The notes under the pieces were generated by a model. That model worked only from the letters and a program-made list of their open reading frames with translations. It was not told where the DNA came from and did no database searches. The translations under genes and the position numbers were made by a program. A stretch of DNA of 64,000 nt from Leptospiraceae bacterium (lineage in GTDB: Bacteria > Spirochaetota > Leptospiria > Leptospirales > Leptonemataceae), in contig JAVJNR010000003.1 of NCBI GenBank assembly GCA_040217195.1, positions 96,001 to 160,000 of the forward strand. The letters run 5' to 3'. Numbering within the stretch: position 1 is the stretch's first letter; every line of letters starts with the position of its first letter. This document shows positions 9,927 through 20,083 of the stretch, piece after piece.

Positions 9927-11540
9927 ATGACGAGTATGAAAAAGAAAACCGTATGGGCACTCCGGTCTTTCATCGGAGCCTCGGTCCTTCTCTGGACCAC
10001 TGCAATCTGGACCGAGCAACCAGAGCCAGATGAACGACCCGCGGCCCAGCAAAGACGACAGGATCAGAATGCAGACCGAATTAGCATTCTGGAAGAAGAA
10101 ATCGAAACGATGAAGCTCAATCGAGCTACCAAGCAATACAAATCGTACGGCGGACTGGGGCCTGCGGCCTCTGGAGTTTATTACGTAGATGAAGGCTTGA
10201 GCTGGGGCGGCTACGGCGAGATCAAATTTAGAGATTATCGTTCAGATGTTAAGGCCGATGAAGCCGACGTTCACCGTTTCATTCTATACGCCGGTTACAA
10301 ATTCAACGATTGGATCGTACTTAATACAGAAATCGAATACGAGCATGCAGGTTTCGTAACCGCATCTGTGGACGAATGTTCGGATGCAACCTGTAGTAGT
10401 TCCAGCAGCAAGAGCTTCAATGAAGGGGAAGTTTTCGTTGAGTTTGCTTACCTGGACTTTAAACTGGCCCCCTGGTTTCAGGTAGCCGCCGGTCTGCAAC
10501 TGGTTCCCATGGGAATCACGAACTACATGCATGAGCCTACCACCTTCTACACAGTAGAAAGACCTCAAACAGAAAGTAACATCATCCCCAGCACCTGGAG
10601 AGATATTGGAATCTTGATTCACGGAGAGCCCCTGGAAGGCTTACTTCGATATAAATTCGGTGTTCTCACAGGAATGAAAGGAAGTGGTTTTTCCAACAGT
10701 AGCTGGATTCGCGGCGGACGAACCAAAGGAAGTGAAGTAAAAAGCGAGGATCTGGCCTACGTAGCAGCCCTGGATGTATTTCCGCTGGCCGGACTGATGG
10801 TAGGTGGCTCTTACTACTACGGCGGTTCCGGGCAGGATGAAATTCAGAAAGTGGATTTCATGAGCAGACTGGATTTCGATAACCTTGGCATTACGGACCC
10901 TATCCTGAAATCTGATGCGCAAAGAGAATTCCAGGCCGGTCGACAGGAAAGAGCCCGTTTTCATCTTGCAGAAGGTCATATTCGCTATCAGACAGGTCCA
11001 TTTCACTTTCAGGGCCTCTTCGCACGGGGCTGGATGGATGAAAGCACTGCACGCGCCCTTAATGCGAACAATGGAAGCAACATTGGCGTAGTAGTTGAAG
11101 GCGGTTACGTAGAACTGGGTTATGATCTACTGAGCTTCTTCGATACAAATCATCGTTTGATGGCTATTGTTCGAAACGAATATGTGAACACTCAAAAAGA
11201 GACCGTTCGTCGCTATGAAGGGGGAACGGAAGACATTCAGGATACCATCGCAAGCAATTCAGGCGGTCTCTTTGAGGTATCCAGCAACAGCGACGTAGGC
11301 GTTATTTCAAGCTCTCGTGCCGGCTCCGAGTTATACGGTGTTCAGGGAGTGGCCGACCGCACTCTGGATCGAAGGATTGTCACCTATGGACTGGCCTACT
11401 TTCCGCATCCCAATGTGGCCATCAAAGCGGATTATGAAAGCTGGGATTCTAAATCGGATCTGACCGCAGACATTGAAGAAAAGAATGGCAGCAACAATAA
11501 GATTGATCGATTCAATCTGGCTGTAACGTTCATCTTCTAA
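9927..11540 (+). CDS. Outer-membrane beta-barrel porin (OprO/P-like, iron-uptake-associated type)
   Basis: Signal peptide, short coiled coil, GGYGEI..., HRFILYAGYKF.D.....EIEYEH, HEPTTF..VERP motifs and C-terminal Phe (BAM signal). GAGG RBS before ATG 9927. Confidence 0.8.
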   Translation: MTSMKKKTVWALRSFIGASVLLWTTAIWTEQPEPDERPAAQQRRQDQNADRISILEEEIETMKLNRATKQYKSYGGLGPAASGVYYVDEGLSWGGYGEIKFRDYRSDVKADEADVHRFILYAGYKFNDWIVLNTEIEYEHAGFVTASVDECSDATCSSSSSKSFNEGEVFVEFAYLDFKLAPWFQVAAGLQLVPMGITNYMHEPTTFYTVERPQTESNIIPSTWRDIGILIHGEPLEGLLRYKFGVLTGMKGSGFSNSSWIRGGRTKGSEVKSEDLAYVAALDVFPLAGLMVGGSYYYGGSGQDEIQKVDFMSRLDFDNLGITDPILKSDAQREFQAGRQERARFHLAEGHIRYQTGPFHFQGLFARGWMDESTARALNANNGSNIGVVVEGGYVELGYDLLSFFDTNHRLMAIVRNEYVNTQKETVRRYEGGTEDIQDTIASNSGGLFEVSSNSDVGVISSSRAGSELYGVQGVADRTLDRRIVTYGLAYFPHPNVAIKADYESWDSKSDLTADIEEKNGSNNKIDRFNLAVTFIF

Positions 11541-11619
11541 AACTACCAACACGGCTGCTTGCAGCCGCATTTACTAATTACGGGGAGCCACCCCTCCCCG
11601 TTGCAATGCAAAAACTCCG

Positions 11620-11640
11620 GGCCCATCCGGGCCTTTTTTT
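11620..11640 (+). terminator. Rho-independent terminator of the porin gene
   Basis: GGCCC-ATCC-GGGCC followed by T7. Confidence 0.75.
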
Positions 11641-11688
11641 GTCCCCGTTTTGCGTTGACCCAGAAGTTATAAAGATTTCTGTACTATT

Positions 11689-12405
11689 ATGTATCTAAAC
11701 ACCATTGTGGTGGAAGATGAGGCTCCTTCCAGGGAGTTGCTCATAGAATATGTAATTGCCGAAGATAAATTAAATCTGGGAGCTGTTGCCAGAAATGGCA
11801 GAGAGGCCCTGGAGAAATTGAAAGAAAATCGATTCGATCTTTGTTTTCTGGATATCAACCTTCCGTTCCTTAACGGTCTACAGGTCATCGAACAGCTGGA
11901 TCATGTTCCCTATATTATTTTCACCACGGTGTACAAAGAATATGCAGTGGAGGCATTTGAACTTGGCGCTGTGGATTATCTGCTAAAGCCTATTAGCCGG
12001 GACAGATTCAAGAAAGCGGTAGAAAAAGCGGCTTCCCTGATACCAGCAAGCCCGGTTGAAGACTCAGAGAGAAGCCGGGGTCTATTTCTTCAACAGAAGG
12101 GAGCCCATCATTTTGTGAAGTTTTCGGACATCATTTATCTGACTGCAAACAATAAAAGCACGGTACTGCACTCTCTGGAGCAGGATCTGGAATGCAATAA
12201 TCTAATCAAGGATCTTCTGGAGCGATTGCCCGAGAGTCAATTCCTGCGAATCCATAAAAAATATGCCATAAACCTGGATTTTCTGGATCGGCTGGAGACT
12301 CAGGACAATGGCAAGTTTCTGATGATACTAAAAAACGAAGATGAAACGGTGCTTCCGGTGGGCAGTACCTACCTGAAAAGTATCCGCGAAGATCTGGGCC
12401 TGTAA
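11689..12405 (+). CDS. LytTR-family response regulator
   Basis: Receiver domain (EDE, FLDINLP, DYLLKP) plus LytTR domain (FLRIHKKYAIN). Confidence 0.93.
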   Translation: MYLNTIVVEDEAPSRELLIEYVIAEDKLNLGAVARNGREALEKLKENRFDLCFLDINLPFLNGLQVIEQLDHVPYIIFTTVYKEYAVEAFELGAVDYLLKPISRDRFKKAVEKAASLIPASPVEDSERSRGLFLQQKGAHHFVKFSDIIYLTANNKSTVLHSLEQDLECNNLIKDLLERLPESQFLRIHKKYAINLDFLDRLETQDNGKFLMILKNEDETVLPVGSTYLKSIREDLGL

Positions 12406-12459
12406 GCTGGACCTGCGAAAAATCGAAAGAATGAGAACCAGTTTCCTTTTGCAGAAAGC

Positions 12460-14184
12460 TCAAACAATTTTTTCTCGTAGCGGTAATCCGTTATAGGTTC
12501 CGGTAAATCGGCCTCCTCGAATGGTAAACTCTCCATTTACAATTAGGGCTTCCACACCGGCTGAAAGACGTATTGGATTATCATAGGTGGCATAGGATTT
12601 GACTTTGTCCAGATTAAAGATACCCAGATCTGCCTTCCATCCTTCCTGAATCTGCCCCCTGTCCTTCAGACCTGCAATGCTTGCCGGTAGTGAACTACAT
12701 TTTCGAATTCCTTCCTCCAGGCTCATGATCTGTTTTTCCAGAACAAAATACTTCAGAAAGTGACTGAAGGTACCATAATTCCTGGGATGAGGATTTCCTT
12801 TCATTCCAGGAGAGAGTGCCGATCCATCGGAGGCCACTGCAGCCATGGGATCGCGGTAGATACGAATGAGGTTTTCTTCGCTCATAGCAAATACGACGGT
12901 AGAGGCACTTCCGCTGGAAGCTATATCGAATAATAACTCATAGGAGGACCGCCCGGTTGATGCAGAAATCTCTGCCAGAGTTTTCCCAGAATACCTCTTA
13001 TATTTTTGGGAGTAAACAACTCCCAGGCGAATCCTATCATAGCCACCAATTCCGGAAATCTTATCATCCACCTGTCTGCGAAGCACATCTCCGTCTCGCC
13101 CCCTGGCAAGAGACAGATTGATTCCTTTCTTCTGAGCCCAGATCGGAAAAAGGCTATTTAGAGATGTATGATAGGCGGTGTAAGGATATCGGTCCATAGT
13201 CAATCGCAAACCATCTGACCGCGCCTTATGAATTAGATGAAATGCTGAATTGACTTTATCCCAGTTTCTTTTTCCCTGAAGTTTAAAATGGCTGATGTTC
13301 AATCGAACACCGGACTCGGAAGCAATCTTGATTGCTTCTATCATCGCCTCCAGAACTCGATCATCCTCATTTCGCATATGGGTTGAGTATACACCTGCAT
13401 CCCTGCACATCTGGATCAATTCTTCGGTTGTGGAATGAGCATTGGGTATGTATTCCAGACCGCTACTCAATCCACAGGCTCCCTCATCCATGGCATCGTT
13501 GATCAAAGCACGGATGGAAGACATTTCCTTTCTGCTCAGATTCCGACGTTCGTATCCGGCCTGCCCCTGTCGCAATACGCCGGATCCGATCATGGTCTTA
13601 ATATTTACTGCCGGTTGGAGTTCTTCCAGCGCATCGTAGTAGCCACCTACGCTTTTCCAGTATGGCAATGTTCCAAAGCGGGACTGCATATACGAATGCA
13701 TTGCTTTTCCCAGAGAATTTGTGAACGGACCAGGAGATCGACCATCCTGGCCTACTATTTCAGTGGTCACACCCTGAAAAATCTTGGAGAATGCACGCCT
13801 GTCCTGAAAGATTACGTAATCGCTGTGAGAATGAAGATCCACAAACCCTGGAAAAATATGATGACCGGTACAATTGAATACAGTACCGGCCCGGGCCTGC
13901 TCCAGGTTTCCGATGGCACCAATCTCATCTTCATAGATTCCAATATCTGCTCGATACGCTGGATTACCTGTGCCATCCACAATGATTCCATTCTTGAGTA
14001 TTATATCGAAATCACCGGACATCCTGCGAAAGGTGTTTCGCAGAGTTCGGATGCTTGAGCACTGAGCCAATACCAGACCGGCACCAGCGGCGGCTGAGAG
14101 CTTCAGAAAATCCTTTCGTCCAAGACTTCGATTCCTGGTCTGGTTGCTTTCTCTAAAATCGTCAGAAGGAGACACAGGCACCAA
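12460..14184 (-). CDS. N-acyl-D-amino-acid deacylase (amidohydrolase), predicted exported lipoprotein
   Basis: PGFVDLHSHSD, GVTTEIVGQDG, STHMRNE, ASDG and HPRNYGTF motifs; N-terminal GRKDFLK plus LAQC lipobox. Confidence 0.88.
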   Translation of the reverse strand: MVPVSPSDDFRESNQTRNRSLGRKDFLKLSAAAGAGLVLAQCSSIRTLRNTFRRMSGDFDIILKNGIIVDGTGNPAYRADIGIYEDEIGAIGNLEQARAGTVFNCTGHHIFPGFVDLHSHSDYVIFQDRRAFSKIFQGVTTEIVGQDGRSPGPFTNSLGKAMHSYMQSRFGTLPYWKSVGGYYDALEELQPAVNIKTMIGSGVLRQGQAGYERRNLSRKEMSSIRALINDAMDEGACGLSSGLEYIPNAHSTTEELIQMCRDAGVYSTHMRNEDDRVLEAMIEAIKIASESGVRLNISHFKLQGKRNWDKVNSAFHLIHKARSDGLRLTMDRYPYTAYHTSLNSLFPIWAQKKGINLSLARGRDGDVLRRQVDDKISGIGGYDRIRLGVVYSQKYKRYSGKTLAEISASTGRSSYELLFDIASSGSASTVVFAMSEENLIRIYRDPMAAVASDGSALSPGMKGNPHPRNYGTFSHFLKYFVLEKQIMSLEEGIRKCSSLPASIAGLKDRGQIQEGWKADLGIFNLDKVKSYATYDNPIRLSAGVEALIVNGEFTIRGGRFTGTYNGLPLREKIV

Positions 14185-14245
14185 AGATCCAGACCTGGTT
14201 TCGGTGCCCAGTATTTCCTGACAGGTATCAGTCCCGGGAAATTGC

Positions 14246-15124
14246 CTAGATCAACGCTGGATCAGGAGATTGCGAATTGCATCCACGGAGGATCGATTCT
14301 TTACTCCATCCATCCTCCTGTAATCCTCGTATAGTAACGGAACCCTTTCGTTTGGAAAGCCGCTCGCCGGAACTGTTAAGCAACAGGGGACAATGATAGA
14401 AAGCCGGAATGGGTAGATCAAGTGCACGATAAATCAAAATCTGCCTGGCAGTTGAAAGCAACAGATCCTGACCACGAACCACTTCGGTAATTCTCATCAG
14501 GAAGTCATCTACCACCACAGCAAATTCGTAGGATGGGTATCCTTCCACGCTCCAGATCAAGAAATCACCGAAGTCCTCGCCGGCTCGGTAGCTTACCTTG
14601 CCAATATTTATATCTTGAAATTCAATGGTTTCGTTCGGAACGCAGAATCGAAAAGCCTGAAGTCCCGGAGTATCATACATTCTAGCCTGCTCCGTATCAC
14701 CTCTAAGAGATACAGGAAAGGGAATCTCACCGCCCGGGCCGCTTACAATACTCAAACTCTGCTGAGATGCGCGAATCTTTCGCCTGGATTGACTGCAGGG
14801 ATATATCCATCCTCTATCTCGAAGCAGGGTCCAGTAATGCAAATAGGTACTTCTGGCATGACGTTCCGATTGACGATAGGGCTGAAATGCTCCCCCTACA
14901 TCCGGTCCTTCCTGCCAGTCAAAAAAGGGACGAAGGTCTTCCATACAGGCCGCATCGAATTCTGGCTTGCACCTGGCTCGGTCCAGATCCTCCATCCTGA
15001 AAACCAGGGTTCCTTTACTTTCGGCGCATCTTTGAGCAGCTACATGGAACGTGGAAAGATGTCCGGGATGCAGAAAGCCGGTAGGAGATGGAGCCAGTCT
15101 TCCCCGGTACTGAATGGCTTCCAT
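14246..15124 (-). CDS. gluQ: Glutamyl-queuosine tRNA(Asp) synthetase
   Basis: GRLAPSPTG.LHPGH, RMEDLD, AVVVDD...ITEVVRGQDL and RLSKR; catalytic domain only (292 aa). Confidence 0.88.
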   Translation of the reverse strand: MEAIQYRGRLAPSPTGFLHPGHLSTFHVAAQRCAESKGTLVFRMEDLDRARCKPEFDAACMEDLRPFFDWQEGPDVGGAFQPYRQSERHARSTYLHYWTLLRDRGWIYPCSQSRRKIRASQQSLSIVSGPGGEIPFPVSLRGDTEQARMYDTPGLQAFRFCVPNETIEFQDINIGKVSYRAGEDFGDFLIWSVEGYPSYEFAVVVDDFLMRITEVVRGQDLLLSTARQILIYRALDLPIPAFYHCPLLLNSSGERLSKRKGSVTIRGLQEDGWSKESILRGCNSQSPDPALI

Positions 15125-17263
15125 TCAGGATCGGTTCTTCTTGAAGTATTTCACCAGGGCAACCCGGTTGCCTTTTTCATTGTAACGAACGATGTCAAAA
15201 GCAGAAACAGTCATCATGATTCCGCGACCGTGAGCCATAAAGTCTTCGTTCAATTTCTTTTCATCGGTCTTGAGCATCTTTCGATGATCAAATCCCTTTC
15301 CCTCATCGGTAACCCTGAAAGCCACTCGATCCTCATTGATAGAGTATTCCAGAAAAATCTTTCGGCTCTTGTACTCTGGATTCTCTCTTCGCTCTTCGAT
15401 CAAAGAAAGATAGCTACCTTCTTCAAGGGCCTTTGTCTTTTCATCAAATGTGATTTCCAGGTTTCCATGCTCAATTGCATTGATGATAATTTCTCGCAGA
15501 CTGGTCCGGACTGTCATCTGCACCTCTGCATCTGCGAAACGTGATATTAATGAGCTCAATCTCTGACTCAAAATCTCTGCATTGCGAACATAGTTCTCAA
15601 TTGAGAATTCAACTCTCTCTTTGATTAGATACCGTGCCAGTACATCTTCGGTGATTATACTTGCCCGGCCCAGGATTTCTCGCCGGCCATCTTCATACTG
15701 TAAATACTGCAATCGAACCTGGCTGTCCCGGGGCTCCATTACATGTTTCTGCTTGAACTCTGTTTGAAACGAAACCGATTTTCCGGGAGCGGACAGTTCT
15801 TCCAGTTTTTCCAGAGCGAAGATTTTATTCAGTGAGTCCTTCCAGTCCCGATTATATATTAGCTCGAGGAAGTTCATACTTAAAAGTTCTTCCTGGTTAA
15901 ACTTCAAAACTCGCTGGAATGATTTGTTTACCATGGTAAAATTCCAGGCTTCGTCCAGGGTGAAGATAAAATCGTCCGCCTCCTCGACTAGAGTCTGCAG
16001 CCGGATACTCACTTTTTCAGATTCATTCCTGGCCTGGCTTAATGCTTTTACATTTTTCTGTAAAGAAGCAGACAACTGATTGATCCTGTCTCCCATACCC
16101 AGAGACAGAACCATCACTTCCAGAGCGGATCCTACCTGAATTCCATAAGAAGTTAAAATGTTATCGGGCAACACACCCACTGATTTGAGAATATTCAAGG
16201 CACCACCCAGCAAAAAGAAACCCCAGGCCGCCAGAAAGAATCGCGCCTGTCGCACTCCAAGCATCAGAGTATGAATTCCATTTGCTAGAATCAAGATTAG
16301 AGTAACCAGAGTCAGAACTACAGAAGCGATTAGATTAATACGGTAATTAAACAGAAATAGTGCAGAAAGCATTCCCGTAATGCTAAAAACCAGGACAATC
16401 CAGTACAGTCCATCGGTACGCGGAGTATTCTGCTTTGAATTCAAGAAAGAACGACAGAACAGCAGAATGGAAGCACAGGCCAGGAAAATAAAGAATGGTA
16501 GACTGTTATTTCCCCAGGTGATCGCCTCGGGCCACAGGTACTGATAGGTAAGGCCATTCAAAGTTGCCTGGAATAGAACGTAGGCCAGAATGTAGAGAAT
16601 GTAGAAGATATAGGTTCTGTCCCGGGTAGAAAAAAGAAGAAACAAACTGGTAACAACCATTGCCAGCATGATTCCATAGTACAGTCCCAGTATGATCTGT
16701 TCGCCGCCAATACGAGAGCTAATTTCGTCGTAGCTATAGGCATACATTGAAACAAGCATGGAGCTAGTGGTTTCGAGTCGTATCAGGTAATCGTATTCGC
16801 TTCCAGGTTCATGATCCAGGGAGAAAATTACATTTCGGTACGCGATTTCGCGATCATAGAAAGGATATCGATCTCCACCCACTGCCACCGGTTTATTGAG
16901 TGCCTGTGCCGCATCCTCCCCTTTTCGAATGCGATAGATCTTGATATCGTCAAAGGGGGAGAAATCATATTCAAGATACAGGATTCGAGATTCAGAATCT
17001 GGATTGGATACTCGAAAATGCACCCAGTGGGCTTGCTCGGCATAGCCCAGGGAATTGTCGTCCAGCCTCTGGAAATTATTTCGCTCATTCCACTTCTGTA
17101 AGGGCTGCCCTTCGCCTGTACTGTATGTAGCATGGGGCTGAATGGCAGTACGGCTCATTTTTTCGCTTAGCACCAATGGCTCAGTCGGCGAAGCCCAGGC
17201 TGCTGAGGAGCAGAACAGAAAAAGGCCGGAAATAAATATCCGAAACTGAAAATCTAATTTCAC
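15125..17263 (-). CDS. 7TM-DISM sensor fused to a PAS-like domain and an RsbW-type HATPase_c domain
   Basis: Periplasmic DISMED2 (LGY....HWVHF), 7TM region (GLYYG..LAM), PAS-like segment, then [18 protein letters not shown] and HGRGI boxes. Confidence 0.85.
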   Translation of the reverse strand: MKLDFQFRIFISGLFLFCSSAAWASPTEPLVLSEKMSRTAIQPHATYSTGEGQPLQKWNERNNFQRLDDNSLGYAEQAHWVHFRVSNPDSESRILYLEYDFSPFDDIKIYRIRKGEDAAQALNKPVAVGGDRYPFYDREIAYRNVIFSLDHEPGSEYDYLIRLETTSSMLVSMYAYSYDEISSRIGGEQIILGLYYGIMLAMVVTSLFLLFSTRDRTYIFYILYILAYVLFQATLNGLTYQYLWPEAITWGNNSLPFFIFLACASILLFCRSFLNSKQNTPRTDGLYWIVLVFSITGMLSALFLFNYRINLIASVVLTLVTLILILANGIHTLMLGVRQARFFLAAWGFFLLGGALNILKSVGVLPDNILTSYGIQVGSALEVMVLSLGMGDRINQLSASLQKNVKALSQARNESEKVSIRLQTLVEEADDFIFTLDEAWNFTMVNKSFQRVLKFNQEELLSMNFLELIYNRDWKDSLNKIFALEKLEELSAPGKSVSFQTEFKQKHVMEPRDSQVRLQYLQYEDGRREILGRASIITEDVLARYLIKERVEFSIENYVRNAEILSQRLSSLISRFADAEVQMTVRTSLREIIINAIEHGNLEITFDEKTKALEEGSYLSLIEERRENPEYKSRKIFLEYSINEDRVAFRVTDEGKGFDHRKMLKTDEKKLNEDFMAHGRGIMMTVSAFDIVRYNEKGNRVALVKYFKKNRS

Positions 17264-18030
17264 ACTCGAACCCCACCTGTGATTTCCATTATTTCTCCAT
17301 TCACCAAATCATTCTCTGCGATAAATACAGTAGTATCTGCAATTTCCTCTGGCTTACCCAGGCGGCCGATGGGGATCTTTTGCTGCCATTGCTCCAGAGC
17401 CTTCTGATTCATGACCTGTAATACCATTTCAGTAGCGATGAATCCAGGGGAAACACCGGCCACTCGGATGGAATGGCGAGCTAACTCCAGAGCCCAGAGT
17501 CTTGTCATGGAGGCAACGCCGGCCTTGGCGGCTGAATAGTTGGTTTGACCGGGATTTCCATGTCTGGCTACGGAAGAGATGGGAATAATCACTCCAGGGC
17601 TTTTTAAGTTGATCATGGCCGCGGCTGCTTCTCTAGCACATAGAAATACACCGGTAAGATTTACATCGATTACAGACTGCCATTGAGCTACACTCATCTT
17701 ATCTTTTACCGTGCCAGTTTGTCGATCCACACTTACCAGTTTTCCGTCGCGAAGAATGCCTGCATTCAGTACAGCCACATCCAGGCGTGACGTTTCTTTC
17801 ACTACCTTTTCAAATAGATTCTCAACCTCTTTCTCATCGCTTACGTTGCATGCAATGCCCAGAGCATCGAATCCCTCTTTTTTGAGCGTGGCCACAGCAT
17901 GGTCGACCCTGTCCGAAGTTATATCACTCACCACAACCCGGGCTTTCTTTTTTGCGAATGCTTGAATCATTGCATAGCCCAGTCCCGAGGCCGATCCAGT
18001 TACTACTACAGTCTTTCCTTCCAGATTCAT
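17260..18030 (-). CDS. SDR oxidoreductase, 3-oxoacyl-ACP reductase-like
   Basis: [34 protein letters not shown]. Confidence 0.9.
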   Translation of the reverse strand: MNLEGKTVVVTGSASGLGYAMIQAFAKKKARVVVSDITSDRVDHAVATLKKEGFDALGIACNVSDEKEVENLFEKVVKETSRLDVAVLNAGILRDGKLVSVDRQTGTVKDKMSVAQWQSVIDVNLTGVFLCAREAAAAMINLKSPGVIIPISSVARHGNPGQTNYSAAKAGVASMTRLWALELARHSIRVAGVSPGFIATEMVLQVMNQKALEQWQQKIPIGRLGKPEEIADTTVFIAENDLVNGEIMEITGGVRV

Positions 18031-18225
18031 ATTTCGATTCGTTCCTTGTGTGATCCTTACTCTCTTCTTCTTTAATTTACGAATTGGTCTGAATCCCTGT
18101 GCCGCCTGTTCGCGGCCAGGATCAGGCCTGATGAGCTTTCTTAATCTGGCAATCGGATCCGCCGTAGAATGAACCCATTACGGATAAGTTTCCGATTTTC
18201 CAACAACATAGATGACAATACATGT

Positions 18226-18265
18226 CCCAAACGAGCGGACCGCCGGAGGCGAATCCGCTGTTGGG
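18226..18265 (-). terminator. GC-rich hairpin just downstream of the aldehyde dehydrogenase
   Basis: CCCAA..AGCGGA..CGCC / GGCG..TCCGCT.TTGGG interrupted inverted repeat; no clear U-tract. Confidence 0.35.
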
Positions 18266-18278
18266 CTGCAATACCCGA

Positions 18279-19889
18279 TTACACCTTCCAGCTACCGAAC
18301 ATCTTGGGAATCATGTATCCCATTAGCTTCAGGCCGTTCGATAATTTGCGAAAAGGATTCCCGCCTGCATAGTTGAATCGCAATGCCTGCAAAAGTGCAT
18401 CATAGGTTCTTCTGGAAAAAGGATGCCACCATAGGTTTCGCCTGGTGGGCAGAATATCATAGTTAATCAGTTTAGGATGTGCCATCTCCAGCAATCCAAA
18501 CTTTCCATGAGTTCTACCAATTCCAGATTCCTTCCATCCACCCCAGGGAGTTTCGGACTGACCATGGGTGTAGAGATGGTCATTCACAGTCGTCACTCCC
18601 GAATGCAGGGCAGCGCCCACACGACGAGCTCGTTTCTTGTTGCCGGTCCATACAGAAGATGTCAGTGCCATGGTGCTATCGTTGGCCAGCTCCACAGCTT
18701 CCTGCTCGGTCTTAAATTTCATTACAGGCAATACAGGGCCAAAGGTTTCTTCGCGCATCACATCCATGCTATGATCCACGTTGGCCAGCAATGTGGCTGG
18801 ATAGAAATACCCTTTTTGTTCTGCCTGCGGATCCTTTGCATAGGATGTGGCCAGTACAGTGGCACCATGATCCAGAGCGCTCTTTACATGCCGATCCACT
18901 ATATTTCTCTGAGCCTCGGTAGTCATGGAGCCCATATCCACATCGAAATCCAGGTCCGGACCGTGTCGAAGAGCCGAAGTCTTTTTAGCCAGTAGATCCA
19001 CGAATTTATCGTAAACCTTCTCCTGGACGTAGATTCGTTCCACTCCTCCGCAACTCTGACCGGCATTTTGATACCCGGCCCACACTGCACCGTTTGTAGC
19101 TCTTTCCAGATTCGCATCTTCAAAAACGATCATTGGATCCTTGCCGCCCAGTTCCAGAGAGAGGGGTGTAAGTGTATCCGCCGCCTGCTTCATCAGCTCT
19201 TTGCCAGTAGGAACGGAACCGGTGAAGAAAATCTTATCCACTCCATTTTCAAACATGGCTGTGGATACAGCCGATCCGCTTCCAATTATATGAGCGAAAA
19301 GACCGGAAGGTAGATCCGCTGCAGCGACTATCTTTTCAATGGCCTTGCCCACCATTACTGTAGCGCCGGCCACTTTCAGAACTATGGCATTTCCAGCCAT
19401 CAGTCCCATCACCACTTCGCCGAATGGGATGGACAGCGGATAGTTCCAGGGACTGATGATTCCCACCACTCCAAGAGGAACATGGATCATCTGATTTTTC
19501 TTGTTAAAGAATAAGACCGTGGACTGGGAAAGTTTAAAAGGCTTCAGAATACCCTTTGCTTTCTTGGCATACCAGTTGGCCGCCAGAGCACAGGGAACCA
19601 CTTCAGTGGCCAGTGCATCCACTCTGGATTTTCCATTCTCTTTGCTTACTATATCTGCCAGCTCTTCAGCATGCTCTACAATGTAGTCTCGCATCTTAAG
19701 AATCTGCTTCTTTCTTTGACCAAAGCTGTAATTGGCCCATTCCTTTTGCGCTTTGCGGGCCCGGGCAAATACCTCGGGTAAAACGCTCATATCTGTGGAC
19801 TCATATTCTCCGATTACTTCGCCGGTGGCCGGGCTGAAGGCCTGTTTGCTCCGTGCGCTGGATCGGTCCTGTACGATTGTGTCTGACAT
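18279..19889 (-). CDS. Aldehyde dehydrogenase family protein
   Basis: ISPWNYP, FTGS, LELGGKD (catalytic Glu), GQSCGG (catalytic Cys), EETFGP. GGGGGA RBS before ATG 19889. Confidence 0.95.
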   Translation of the reverse strand: MSDTIVQDRSSARSKQAFSPATGEVIGEYESTDMSVLPEVFARARKAQKEWANYSFGQRKKQILKMRDYIVEHAEELADIVSKENGKSRVDALATEVVPCALAANWYAKKAKGILKPFKLSQSTVLFFNKKNQMIHVPLGVVGIISPWNYPLSIPFGEVVMGLMAGNAIVLKVAGATVMVGKAIEKIVAAADLPSGLFAHIIGSGSAVSTAMFENGVDKIFFTGSVPTGKELMKQAADTLTPLSLELGGKDPMIVFEDANLERATNGAVWAGYQNAGQSCGGVERIYVQEKVYDKFVDLLAKKTSALRHGPDLDFDVDMGSMTTEAQRNIVDRHVKSALDHGATVLATSYAKDPQAEQKGYFYPATLLANVDHSMDVMREETFGPVLPVMKFKTEQEAVELANDSTMALTSSVWTGNKKRARRVGAALHSGVTTVNDHLYTHGQSETPWGGWKESGIGRTHGKFGLLEMAHPKLINYDILPTRRNLWWHPFSRRTYDALLQALRFNYAGGNPFRKLSNGLKLMGYMIPKMFGSWKV

Positions 19890-20083
19890 AATTCCCCCAT
19901 TGGCCAAATCCATAGATTCGGCTTCAGATTCATTTGCTTTCCATGAAGCAATTCAGGGCAAGAGGATCCATGAACTTGTTCCATTTACCCTGCAATATGA
20001 GGCAGCATGACCGTTCTTGAAGCAGGGTTACAAGCTTTTTCCGAAAGGCTTGTAATTCAGGCCCCCAACCAGTGTCTTGCATT

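Noticed and set aside
14615..15544. 309-aa plus-strand ORF
   Set aside because: Antisense to gluQ and the 7TM-DISM gene, with no recognisable motifs.
18128..18140. CTGATGAG, resembling a hammerhead ribozyme core
   Set aside because: No stem II followed by GAAA and no flanking stems.
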